Positions 9,829 through 20,496 of a DNA stretch of 64,000 bases are shown one piece after another. The position numbers were made by a program, and so were the translations under genes. The notes under the pieces were generated by a model, which did not search any database, was not told where the DNA came from, and saw only the letters and a list, made by a program, of their open reading frames with translations. This DNA is from Mesorhizobium sp. GTDB taxonomy: Bacteria; Pseudomonadota; Alphaproteobacteria; Rhizobiales; Rhizobiaceae. Positions within the stretch are counted from its first letter, which is position 1. Each line of letters begins with the position of its first letter. The stretch lies in NCBI RefSeq assembly GCF_004020365.1, contig NZ_SAQR01000009.1, one strand, 5' to 3'.

Positions 9829-11022
9829 TCAGCCGCAAACGGTATACCAGCTGTCGAATCGGCCATTGTTTGGAACCGCACACAGAGCGCCGTAACAAAC
9901 CTTCTCACCCTTGAAGTAGGCCAGGAACTGCAGTAAATGCGATATTTCGCGCTGTTCATCTTCGTCCCGGATAAGCTCCGGACCGCCCTGCGACTTCAGT
10001 GCCAGCTCGATCAACTCGATCGCCCGATCTTTGTTGCCGCTCTCGTGATAGTACAGGGCTGCCAAACGATAAGGCAGGAGCTTACGTTTGTCGCTTTCCG
10101 GGGGATTCAGTGCCAGGATGTGTTCGGACAGCTGTTTTCCCATCGCCAAGCGCTCAGCAGACGGAAAGTGCGAATGGTCAAGGTTCGGAAAGAAGAGCTC
10201 GTCTAACGCCGCAACCATCCAATTCTCGGAGTTTCTGTTGATCGCGTCGCGAACGAATTGGCGCATGACGGGCAAGCCGACCTGCATGTCCTTCATTTTG
10301 TGAAGCAACAGATTCACATGAGAACGGCGGAAACCGAGGTTGTCCGGCATCAAGGCGATGCCTTCTTCGATGGCCGAGAGCGCCGTCTTCCAATCCTTTT
10401 TCTCCACCGCCGCCCGATATCTGTCCTTGATCGGCTTCTTCAGCGCTTGTTCGCGCGCTATGGGTTCGCCTTCTGCGATCCGCTCCGCATCGGCGGATTT
10501 TGCCTGATCGCTGGTGCGCCAGCTGCCGTTAAGCACCTTCGGCAAGACCTCATCGAGTTCCGTCGGTTCACCAATAAAGGCGATGCAGCCGTCTCGGTCG
10601 ACCACGAAACTGGTGGGAATCCAGAAAGAAAAGCTGGGCTCCATCCAAAGCTTGTCCATTTCGCCTGTGGAGTCGAATGCGATCCGATAGTTCAGATTCG
10701 GGAACTTTTCCGTCAACCAAGCGTCCAACGTGCTTCGGGCCTCATCGGCCGTTGGAGCGCGTTCACTAGCCGCGACTCCTACGATCTCAACGCCGCTTTC
10801 CCTGTATTTCTCCTGCAGCTGCATCAGATGGGGCATCCCGTCCACACACGAACCGCACCAAGTTGCCCAAAATTCGACGATGTACACTTTGCCGGGCTCG
10901 AAGCTGGTGAGGGGCTCGCCACGCAGCCAGGTTTCCGCTTGAATCGAAGGAGCCGGGGACTCGATCTGCAACACCACGTTGTTCTCCAAAGCCGTTGTCA
11001 AAGGTTGTGAGATTTTCTGCAC
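9829..11022 (-). CDS. TlpA-family redoxin with helical (TPR-like) C-terminal domain
   Basis: VEFWATWCGSC active site, preceded by APSIQAETWLRGEP. Confidence 0.85.
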   Translation of the reverse strand: MQKISQPLTTALENNVVLQIESPAPSIQAETWLRGEPLTSFEPGKVYIVEFWATWCGSCVDGMPHLMQLQEKYRESGVEIVGVAASERAPTADEARSTLDAWLTEKFPNLNYRIAFDSTGEMDKLWMEPSFSFWIPTSFVVDRDGCIAFIGEPTELDEVLPKVLNGSWRTSDQAKSADAERIAEGEPIAREQALKKPIKDRYRAAVEKKDWKTALSAIEEGIALMPDNLGFRRSHVNLLLHKMKDMQVGLPVMRQFVRDAINRNSENWMVAALDELFFPNLDHSHFPSAERLAMGKQLSEHILALNPPESDKRKLLPYRLAALYYHESGNKDRAIELIELALKSQGGPELIRDEDEQREISHLLQFLAYFKGEKVCYGALCAVPNNGRFDSWYTVCG

Positions 11023-11110
11023 GAGCTTATTTCCCTCTCAGAGACGGCACACGGTTCAGGGGAGAGAACATCCTCGTCTGCTCCATTGCATACCGTCCTG
11101 CTGCAAGCGT

Positions 11111-11234
11111 TGCAAGGTCCATGCCAGCGGGCTCAGCGCGCAAGTGCATGAATATGCTTTGAAAACCCTCCGCAGTGCCCGGATGGCGGTTGGATTGAAC
11201 CTGACAAGTTTCTGCCTTTGTCAGGTTTTGAACG
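11111..11234 (-). promoter_or_regulatory. Sigma54 promoter with two imperfect NifA UAS upstream of the redoxin gene
   Basis: Minus strand TGGCATGGACCTTGCA at 11111-11126. TGG-N10-ACA at 11191-11206 and TGT-N10-ACG at 11219-11234. Confidence 0.7.
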
Positions 11235-12056
11235 CGCATTGCCCGTGTTTCGCGCCGCCAGAAAAGCGTGGCCCATCCGCACGATCCTGAAGCCCAAACC
11301 GTCGAACACGTGCGACACCGCCGCAATATGTCGTGCCATGCATTCGATGCCAAGCGCCTCGGCGTTGAGCTCGCAGCACGCCAGAACATCATCGACGAGA
11401 CGTTCAAGCTCGACCCGGGAACGGGAAAACGGCCCGAGGTTTGGCCTTGGTCGGGACGGCCGAACGGCAATATCGCCGAGAGGGAAAGACGCAGAAGAAG
11501 ATCATCACACCCGGCGAGCCGAAAGTGTCGGCAAGCCATCGCAGAAGGCAGCAAACATGCAGGCCCAGACGTATCGCTGGGCGATCTGAGGGAGTGGCAT
11601 ACGTTGCGCGCCTGGTGCAGAAATTGCTCGCATCATGCCGAAGTAAGGTCGGCCGCGCTAATCCGCCGGTATGGCAAAGGCGCACTATTCAGCACGGTCG
11701 AGGGCACTTGGTTGCCCGGGAATTGAACCGGCTCATCACTGGTCAGTGATAATGCCAGCCAGTTCATCTCGAACGCCATCCTCTCCTGCGCGGATCAGAA
11801 CCGGTCGAATGGCATTCCATGCGCATGGCAAGCATCGCTATCGCCTGTGGCGCGCCGACTGCAACACCGCGCGGCCGCACTCCCAAATCGCCTGGCAGAC
11901 ACCGGCCAAGTTCGCCACCACCTTCAATCCGCGACGGTCGCTCGCGCTGCGCTATGCGAAAGGCTCCGCGCCAGCCCCCGTCGCTTCACCCGCCCAGCAG
12001 CGCACAACCCACGCCGGAAACGAACCCAAAACTGGAGAAACTCGGGGCGACGTCAT

Positions 12057-13520
12057 TTAGATTCCACCCATGCAGAGGTACTTCATTTCGAGGTAGTCTT
12101 CGAGCCCGTGGCGGGAACCCTCCCGCCCGATGCCGGACTGCTTCATGCCGCCAAAGGGCGCCGCTTCCGAAGACATACGCCCCGTATTGATGCCAATCAT
12201 GCCATATTCCAATGCCTCGGCCACGCGCCAGACACGCCTCAGGTTCGAGGCATGGAAATAGGCGGCGAGCCCGTAAATCGTGTCGTTTGCCTCACAGACA
12301 ACCTGATCCGCATCGTGGAAGCGGATGATCGGCGCCAACGGCCCGAAAGTCTCCTCTTGCGCAACCGCCATGATGCTGGAGATCTCGGTGAAGGCTGTGG
12401 GTTGAAAACGTTCGGCCCCGCATCGAATTATCCCACCCTTAGCAACGGCATCTGCGATGTGGGACTCGATCTTGGCCAAAGCATGCATGTCGATGAGTGG
12501 TCAGACGTCCACTCCCGGAGCGAAGCCGTCGCCAACCGATAAGTGCCGGACTTTCTCCACGAACTTCTCGACGAACTCATCGTGAACGCTCGATTGGACG
12601 TAAAGCCGGTTCGATGAAACGCAAGTCTGGCCGGCATTGCGGAACTTCGCCTGGATCGCCCCGTCAACGGCAGCGTCAATATCCGCGTCGTCGAAGACGA
12701 TGAAGGGCGCATTGCCGCCGAGCTCGAGGCTGACCTTCTTGATCTAGTCCGAGCACTGGCGCATGAGCAGTCGGCCAACCTCGGTGGAGCCTGTAAAGCT
12801 GATGTTTCGGACCTTGGCATTGGAGCAGAGTTCGCGGCCCCACGCGATCACCTTCGGACGCATAGACCAGGTTGACAACGCCGTCAGGAAAGCCGGCTTG
12901 CTGCGCGAGGGCAAACATTGCACCTGCCACGAGCGGCGTCTGTTCAGCAGGTTTGAGCACGATCGCGCAGCCCGCCGCCAGGGCCGGCGAGATCTTGCGC
13001 GCCACCATCGACGCTGGGAAATTCCATGGCGTAATCGTGCCGACGACACCGATCTGCTGATTGATCACCATCATCCGACGGTCTGTAGACGGTGCGGAGA
13101 TCGTCTCGCCATAGATGCGATTGGCTTCTTCGGCGTACCATTGCAGATACGCGGCCGCATGCGAAACCTCCGACTTGGCTTCGGCAAACGGCTTGCCCAT
13201 TTCCGCAGTCAGAATCGCGGCGAGATCGCCTGCATGGCGATGATCAGCTGATGCCATCGCCAAAGAAGGTCGCTGCGCTCTCGGGCGGTCAGCGCCGCCC
13301 ATCCAGGCTGCGCGACATAGGCCTCGTCTACCGCAGCCCGTGTCTCCTCCACGCCCATGTCGGACGTCCTGCCAGCACTTCGCCGCTCGACGGGTTGAGG
13401 ACCACAAATGACCGCTCGCGAACTGACGTGCCAAGTGCCGGCAGGCGATGGACGGCGCCAAACAGGTCCGGGGATTTCAGTGGCGGATCATCGGCAGGCA
13501 CAGGGGCAAACCGGGTTCCT
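12057..13520 (-). pseudogene. gabD: NAD(P)-dependent succinate-semialdehyde dehydrogenase pseudogene
   Basis: ITPWNFP, FTGSTEVG, EETFGP and PFGGMKQSG motifs split across frames, with an in-frame stop near 12746. Paralog of 33635-35092. Confidence 0.9.
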
Positions 13521-14279
13521 CTCAAAGGCAGCTGATATGTATAATCGGCAGAGCCTCGGCGTGTACTCCGCACCTGCGGGTCCTTATAGGGCCTCGGCCA
13601 TACGGCTGGTAGACCATCCACTCAACTTGAAAGGGAGAATTCTTGAACGCTTCTGGTCGATGGCTTGCGGTTCTCATCAGGTGCAAACTGAACAATGGAC
13701 ATCGGCTTCCCGACCGCGCGTACCGGCCATCGGTCCGAATAGCAGCAGTGCAGCCAAATGCCTTTTTTGAGCATCATCGGATTGAAATTGCTTTCAAAAG
13801 TCCTCGATCTTGCCGCCCCCCATCGCGAGCGCCACAAACGGGCGTGGAAAATCAAAAGGGACCACAATCGAGAATCAGCACGGTGATGCCTTCTTTGCGA
13901 CCGTAGGCACGCAGATCATCTGCCAGCTGGGCTCGGGACCGTGCAGGTCGCGCCCCAAAAAACGAGAAGGGGGGTCGTTGTGGTGGAAGAGGTCGGGGAT
14001 TTTCGAAAGAGCGTCGTTTACGGCGGGTCGTCCCTGTAGAGCATTCCCCTCGAATGCGACCGCCTTCAAAGGAGGACTTGCCATCGACGCCACGCTGATA
14101 ACCGCTGCTGGCAAGCTGGAACTCAATACCGGTTAATTGCACTGAGGGCGGCGGCAACCACCCCTCGAAAACTTTTTGCCCGGGGGCTTAAGCTCGGAAA
14201 GAGTGTTCCTTATCATATTGTGTTCAAAGTAAATGGACGTGGTGCGTTTCGTGGGTTGAATCACATAAAGTAGTCTGTG

Positions 14280-14800
14280 TTAACGTCTGCCAAACCACGT
14301 TCCCTTGCCGGTTCCATGTTGGGGCTAGATGGTTTATTTCGACCAGGGTTGCCACATGTTTTTTGACGGTGTTCCGGTTTGCACCGGTCAGGTTGACGAT
14401 CTCGCCAATGGTCATTCGCCCGCGCTCCTTGATGGCTTCAACTATTTGAAGGGAGAGTTCCGGAAGCGTACCGAGCACGAGACGCTCGCGCTCGATTTTC
14501 TTCTCAAGCCGCTGCTTTTGCTGCTGAAGAGCGCGCAGGAAATAAACAGCCCAGGGCTGCCAATTAGGCCTCGGACTGCGGATCGTTTTTTGAGTTTGCC
14601 GAAGCGCCAGATAGTAGCCCTCCTTGCTGTTCTCGATCACGCTTTCGAGCGAAGAGTAAGGCACATAAGCATAGCCACTGCGCATCAGCAGAAGCGTCGT
14701 CAGAACGCGATAGCCTTCCATTGCCGTCCTGGAATGGATGGATCTCCAAAAAGACCACCGTGAACATTGCCACGACGAGCAGAGATCTCGACCGCATCGA
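14280..14800 (-). pseudogene. Fic-domain protein with C-terminal HTH, 5'-truncated and frameshifted
   Basis: HPFQDGNGRLSR Fic motif in one frame and the HTH (MTIGEIVNLTGANRNTVKKH) in another; original end QHGTGKGTWFGRR* at 14280. Confidence 0.8.
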
Positions 14801-14999
14801 CTGCGCCAGGCCGACGCCCGAAGGGATTGTGCAGACGATCGAGCGGTTACGTCGCCGGCGCTAGAAAATAGGCCCTCCACTGAGCATCTATCATTAGCCT
14901 GAACTTTCGAGCCCTTGCCAAGCTTTGTCGGGGCGGTCTCGCCCATCACGGCTGGGAAGTGCGGTCCATGGAAACCGGCGTATCAGTTAGATCGATCAT

Positions 15000-16838
15000 C
15001 TATGCAAACCCTTCGATGCGTTCGTGGACAATCGCGCGCATTTGCTCCGCCATCTTCGCGCCTTGAGAGCCGTCTGATAGAGGCGGCGGCAATTCGAGGT
15101 GGTTGAGCGCGCGTGAGAGGGCTGCAACAAGATCGTCGATGCTGGTATCCGCATCGGCTGCCTTGAGGCCAGCCGTGCTCGCGAAAGCCTTGAAGTCGGC
15201 GCGCCGCAGACGATCGTCCTTGCCGTTCAGCTTGAGGGCCATCCTGTCTTTTTCGAGGCGTGGAAACACGCGAGTCGTGACCGCGTCGTAGAGCGGAGCC
15301 ATGCGAACTGAGCTGAATTGCGTGCTGCCGGGCTCTGCGATTTCCAGCAGTGCCATGTTCTTCAGGTGCATGTCGCCATCGGCGATCAGCCAGGCGAATA
15401 AGGATCGCTTCAGGACAAGCAGGACGTCTTCTTCGGGAGAGGTCGATAGCGGCCTTAGTGCCCGCGCGATGCGCTCCATCGTGCCGTCGTATTTTGCTTC
15501 GGTGGGCACGCCAAGTACCGAGCAGAAGTCCTCAAGCGCGAGCAGGTGTTTGTCCTCGAGGCTCGTTCTGATATCGAACCGCTCCACGAGTAGCGCCGGA
15601 GGCATCCCGTCAGGCATCGGGACGAGCGCTGTCGCGGGCGTCTTGAAACCGGCCGCGCTGCCCAAAGCGAGCGACTGCCATTCGATAACTGGCAGGGCCT
15701 CAAATCCGCCCGTACCCGCAGGTTTGAGAATGTGGGTAAAAGGCCGGCCGATACTGGGAGAGAGGGTGCCATCCGCACTGAGGAACATAGGCGCTTTGAT
15801 CTGAACACCCGAAAGGCGAGGCGTATCAGTACGCTCGAATATCTGTGCGAAATTGCGTTCGAAACTCTGCTCCAGGTCGCCGCGACCCGGCCCTGCATAC
15901 TGGCCAGTGAAGACAGTGTTTCTAGTGAAGCCATTGAGCCGGGTTAACAGGATGTCGGGCGGCAGGGCGGAGAGATCGCTCGCACGCTCGACGATGGTGA
16001 TGTTGGACATGTAGCGTTTGCCCGAGCGTAGCGTCGCGCGCTCGTCGCGGTCGTTCAACACTGACTCAAGCCAGCCTTCAGGCAGCAGCGACAGAATGAA
16101 AGGAGGGAGCTTGCCCGGCGTGGTCTGGCGAACAAGTGGCGGGCCCTGATCGTCTGCATTCCAGCGCCACTCAAAACCATCATGTGTGAGATTTCCGAGC
16201 GGAGCGCCGTGCCACGCCACGATCAGATCGAGCGCGGCTCCGTTGCGTGCCGGTTCTGTGGTCAGTGGAGGGCGGAGGAAAAAGCGCTCGGCGTGCTCGC
16301 CCTCGCGATACCACTGGTTCGCGCGGGCAAGCGCCCATGTCGCGTCGGCAGCGCCCTGGGCGCTGCCGTATTGTTCTATGAGGCGGTTCGCGATTGCCTC
16401 GCGCATCGTCTCGTCGATGGATGCCGCGTGTTCGCTGCGCAGGCGGAAAGCTTCGAGGAAGCGCTGGCGCATCGAGGAGACGTCGATCCGGATTTCTCCC
16501 ATTCCATCATCGACAATCGCTTGAGCGACTGATGGGTGGTCGGGAGCTGCGTTCTGAATGATTTCCAGCAAGCGCAAGCGCCTGCGCTGTATTCGTCGCC
16601 CGCTCAGGAACAGGCGGCCATCCCGGGTCGGGCCGAGAAGCACAGCGCTCGCCGCCGAGAGGTAAGCGTTGGGATACAGGTATTTGGCGATGCGGACGGC
16701 GTGCTTGAGTATCGTGGCCTCGATATCCTCCCCGGCATCGACATAGATGCCGCGCATTAGCTGGACGAGCTTGCCCGTTTCAGCCTGATAGTGGCTGCGG
16801 GTTTTATCGATGTTTTCCCCAACGAGGTGAAGGGCCAT
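15000..16838 (-). CDS. HipA-like Ser/Thr kinase toxin with ~200-aa N-terminal extension
   Basis: LSGVQIK, GDMHLKN and APLYD kinase motifs; IVAWHG and LLPEG couple_hipA-like segment. Confidence 0.85.
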   Translation of the reverse strand: MALHLVGENIDKTRSHYQAETGKLVQLMRGIYVDAGEDIEATILKHAVRIAKYLYPNAYLSAASAVLLGPTRDGRLFLSGRRIQRRRLRLLEIIQNAAPDHPSVAQAIVDDGMGEIRIDVSSMRQRFLEAFRLRSEHAASIDETMREAIANRLIEQYGSAQGAADATWALARANQWYREGEHAERFFLRPPLTTEPARNGAALDLIVAWHGAPLGNLTHDGFEWRWNADDQGPPLVRQTTPGKLPPFILSLLPEGWLESVLNDRDERATLRSGKRYMSNITIVERASDLSALPPDILLTRLNGFTRNTVFTGQYAGPGRGDLEQSFERNFAQIFERTDTPRLSGVQIKAPMFLSADGTLSPSIGRPFTHILKPAGTGGFEALPVIEWQSLALGSAAGFKTPATALVPMPDGMPPALLVERFDIRTSLEDKHLLALEDFCSVLGVPTEAKYDGTMERIARALRPLSTSPEEDVLLVLKRSLFAWLIADGDMHLKNMALLEIAEPGSTQFSSVRMAPLYDAVTTRVFPRLEKDRMALKLNGKDDRLRRADFKAFASTAGLKAADADTSIDDLVAALSRALNHLELPPPLSDGSQGAKMAEQMRAIVHERIEGFA

Positions 16839-16841
16839 TTT

Positions 16842-16936
16842 CTAACTTTCCCGTATCTGATATACGGGAAAGCTAGCATAATCGGCTTCATATTCAAGAG
16901 TTTCGAACTTTCCCGTATTTGGTATACGCAAAAGTT
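16842..16936. promoter_or_regulatory. Two copies of a long palindrome (operator-like) directly upstream of the long hipA
   Basis: CTAACTTTCCCGTAT-N5-ATACGGGAAAGCTAG at 16842-16876 and AACTTTCCCGTAT-N5-ATACGCAAAAGTT at 16906-16936. Confidence 0.75.
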
Positions 16937-17091
16937 AGAATACTTTCTCGGAACGACGGCGTTCTTCGGGTCGGGAATCGAACCACGGGAGAGAACCTGG
17001 TCTGCGAAGGCGAGCAGGCAGAACTCAAGGCGTTCATTCTGCCACACCATAGTCGGATCAGCCACACGTAGGTCGGCGAGTCCGCGTGGGA

Positions 17092-18297
17092 TTATTCGCT
17101 GTCACGGGCCAACGCCCATAATCGCGGGCTCGGCCGAAAGCAGCTTCTTCGCCGCCGCCCTGCCTGCTCGAGGATCACCTGCTCGATGAGGGCCGGGCGG
17201 CGCTGGATGTAGTCTATGCCGAGTTTGTCGAGCTGCAACCCGACAAGCGTGGCGGAAATCGGCCTGGAGGAACCCAGATTGTCGATAGCATAGGCGCCGA
17301 TCAGACACTTCTTGCTCGCTTCGAGTTCGGCCGCTGTTGGGCCTGTGTCCACCAGCTCCTTGATTAGTTGTCTTATCAGGTCGAGCGTCTCGGCCGCCCT
17401 GTCGGCGCGCGTCGACGTCGTCACGACAAGCATGTTGGGCTGGTAGTCTTCCAAGCTGGACGAGACACCGTAGGCAAGGCCGCGCTTTTCGCGCACTTCC
17501 TGGAACAGACGTGAGGTAAATCGTGAGCCTCCGACTATATCGTTCATCAGCTGTCCCGCGTAGAATTCCGGGTCGTTGCGTCCCACGGCGGGAAAAGCCA
17601 GCTGGACCGAAGTCTGGGGGAGGGCGTTGCGACCTGCGTCCGCTCGCCGCTTCGGGGTGACATCAGGTACGGGGGCGAGCGCCTGTTTCTGAGGCAAATC
17701 GCCGAACAGCTGGTCGAGCCTTGCTCTCAGGGCTTTGGCATCTATGTCGCCTACGACCGCCACATGCAGCCCGTCGCGGGCGAAAGCGGCTTTGTGGAAG
17801 GCGCTTAGATCGGCGGGCGTTACGCTGGTCAGGCTCCCTTGGGCGGTCTCGAATACGGATGCGTGCCGTAGAGTCCGCGCCGCCAGGCCAGCTCGGGGAT
17901 CGCGTGAGGTTCGCGCTCATCGGCAATGATTTCGGAGAGAAGCTGGGCGCGTATGCGGTCGAAAACTGCTGGTATAGCCGGCTGCGGGTCCCGCCGCCGA
18001 GGATGTCGGCCAGCAGTCGAGCGCCTCGGCCTCGCCGGGTGCGGCCGTATGATAGGACGGCACCATCCATTGCGTGGAAAAGCGCGGCACCGAAATGCGC
18101 ACGCCGGTCAGCGTCACCGTGCGCTTGGCGTTTTGCTCCGGCTCGACTGGGCGGATGCGGGTTAGACCAGGAGCCGTCGGCACGGTTCCCTACGTCTTAT
18201 CGGCCAGCGCCTTGACCGTTTCCGGCTCGACATCGCCGGCCACCACCAGGACGGCGTTGCTGGGCGTGTAATATTTGTCATAGAAGGCTCTGGAGTC
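17092..18297 (-). pseudogene. Decayed M16 peptidase pair (paralog of 35516-38189), cut by IS256
   Basis: EVREKRGLAYGV, PQTSVQLAFP and [16 protein letters not shown] segments scattered over several frames, with deletions. Confidence 0.85.
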
Positions 18298-19730
18298 GGT
18301 GCCGTAGCGGATCGTGTTGGAATTTGGCGGAGCAGCCTCCGGTAAATTGAGGTTATCGGTTCATGCGGCGAGGTCAATCTGCTGATCGAGTGGCTTGGCG
18401 GGGAGCGTGTGCCATCCGTCGATTTTTCGCATCGAGATTTCGCCGGACGCAATCAACGCCCAGAACAACATTGCCGCGGTTTCGGCCGAAGGCAGCACGG
18501 TCTGGGTCTTGATGCGCCGCTTGAACTCTTCATGCAGACGCTCAATCGCGTTTGTAGTTCTGGTGCGCTTTTCCACTGGCTCGGCGGCAGGCGCGTGAAG
18601 GCGAAGAGGCGCTCACCGGCCTCCTCCAGGCTGTCGGCCACCGCCCGGCACTTGAGCCGCCATTTGCGCAGGAACGCCTTGCGGCGGCTCTCGATCTCCT
18701 CCGGCGTGGCCGCGTAGATCATGTCGGTGTAATCGGCGCTGATCTCCTCGTGCAGGCGCTCGGGAGCGTGGGCGAGCAGGTTGCGGTGCTTGTGAACCGT
18801 GCATCTTTGAACCGGCACCCCGTCCCACAGCCCAGCGATCGCCCCGTCCAAGCCGGGTGCGCCGTCGACGATGAGGAACTCAGGGCGGCGGAGGCCGCGT
18901 GCGACGAGATCGTCGAGGATCGCCCGCCAGGCCTCGGTCGTCTCGCCGCCCATGTTCTTGACCGCGAGCAGGATCTTGTGGCCGTCCGCGCGCACGCCGA
19001 TGACAACGAGCAGCGGGATCGAGGTCGCCTTGCGGTCGAGCCTGACACGAACCACCGTCCCGTCGAGGATCAGGCGCACGATCGGGCTCGTCGGCCAGCG
19101 AGCGACCCTTCCAGGCGTCCCAGTCCGTCTTCACCTTGCGCCAGGTGCGGCTGACGACGTCCTTGCCGATCGCGCCGCCGAACAAGGCGGCAAGCGCACG
19201 ACGGACGCGTCGCGTGTTCGTGCCCGCCAGGTAGCTCGACGCGATCAGTGCGTCGGCGGCCTTCGTGCGCCGCTGATAGGCGCGCAGAGCCTTGCTCCTC
19301 CATTCCACCGTCTTGTCCTCGTCGACATCGAGGCGCGCCCGCGTAACCGTGATCTCAGTGGTGCCGAAGGTCCCCGTCAGCGTGCGCGTCCGGCTGCCGT
19401 GGCGGTGGCCGGCGACACCGGTGGTCTCATCACTGGCGCGCCGCCGGCTGCCGGCCATAACGGGGACGGGCAAGCACCGCTTCCAACTCGGTCTCGAGCA
19501 TCGTCTCGATGAAGCCGCGCACCCGCTCGCGCAGGCCAGCTTCGATCGGATCAAACCAGTTGTCGAAAAGATAGCTCGTCGCCTCATCCCCCGGATGAAC
19601 GGCTTCGGCTTTCATGGTAGTCCTTGTCATGGCGTAGTCTCCTGTCCGGCACCGCAAGGCCGGATGATTCGAGGTTGACACCCCGGAGACTACGCCAACT
19701 CACAATTCCAACCACTCCCGCGACGGCACC
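18298..19730 (-). mobile_element. IS256-family insertion sequence with frameshifted transposase (about 18361-19630)
   Basis: LILDG, LIVDGAPGL, QRCTVHK and TTNAIERLHEEFKRR motifs. Imperfect terminal IRs GGTGCCGT(A/C)GCGG...TTGGAATT. No target duplication. Confidence 0.9.
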
Positions 19731-19874
19731 TTGGCAGTCATCTGCTCGGCAACCAAATCGAGCGGGAATTCGCTCTTGCGGGACTTCTCGAAGAGGAGGC
19801 GGGTTCCGCGAACCCAAGTCATCACGACCACACGCCGGCGACAAGGATTGAGACCCAGCCGCCGTCGAGCACTT

Positions 19875-20455
19875 TCATGATGTTCGCCGAGAAGAAGCCG
19901 ACATCGACCACCCCGAAGACGAGCGCAAGGCGAGCGCCGGGAGGAGCGTCCACCTCCAGATACGCCTCATCACGACGTGGAGCAGGATTGTCGTCACAAC
20001 CATTTCGCCCGTGACCGATATGCCATAGGCTGACGGGAGGGCGCTGGACTCACCAAAGCCGATGACCGCAACATGACCGACCATGCGAGCAGCAGGTTGA
20101 CGCGCGGCAGGTATATCTGCCCGAATTGCATTTCGGATGTATGCCGGATTTCGAAGCGCGGAAGCATGTTGAGCTGGACGGCCTGTCGCACAAGTGAATA
20201 AGCGCCGGAATCACGACCTGGCTGGCGATCACAGTTGCCGCCGTAGCCATCACCACCATCGGCACCAACGTCCAGCCGTGGTCATCTCGAAGAATGGATG
20301 TCAGATCGTCCCGCCTCGGGAAAGAACGAACGCGCCCTGCCCGAAATTGTTAAGCAGCAGGCACGGAAATGCGATCGCCAGCCAAGCCAGCACAATCGGC
20401 CGGCGGCCAAAATGACCGAGATCAGTGTAGAGCGCTTCAGCCCCGGTTACGGAAA
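19875..20455 (-). pseudogene. kup: KUP/HAK/KT potassium transporter remnant
   Basis: [30 protein letters not shown] and GQIYLPRVN, and [15 protein letters not shown] occur in different frames. Confidence 0.85.
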
Positions 20456-20496
20456 GGCTCCGCGGGCGGCATACTGCCTTGCCGAAGGGGCCATAA

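Noticed and set aside
11557-11726. Small CxxC-containing fragment (LRAWCRNCSHH)
   Set aside because: Truncated, with no in-frame start, and I cannot identify the family.
13870-14140. Short ORFs between the gabD pseudogene and fic
   Set aside because: No recognisable motifs in any frame.
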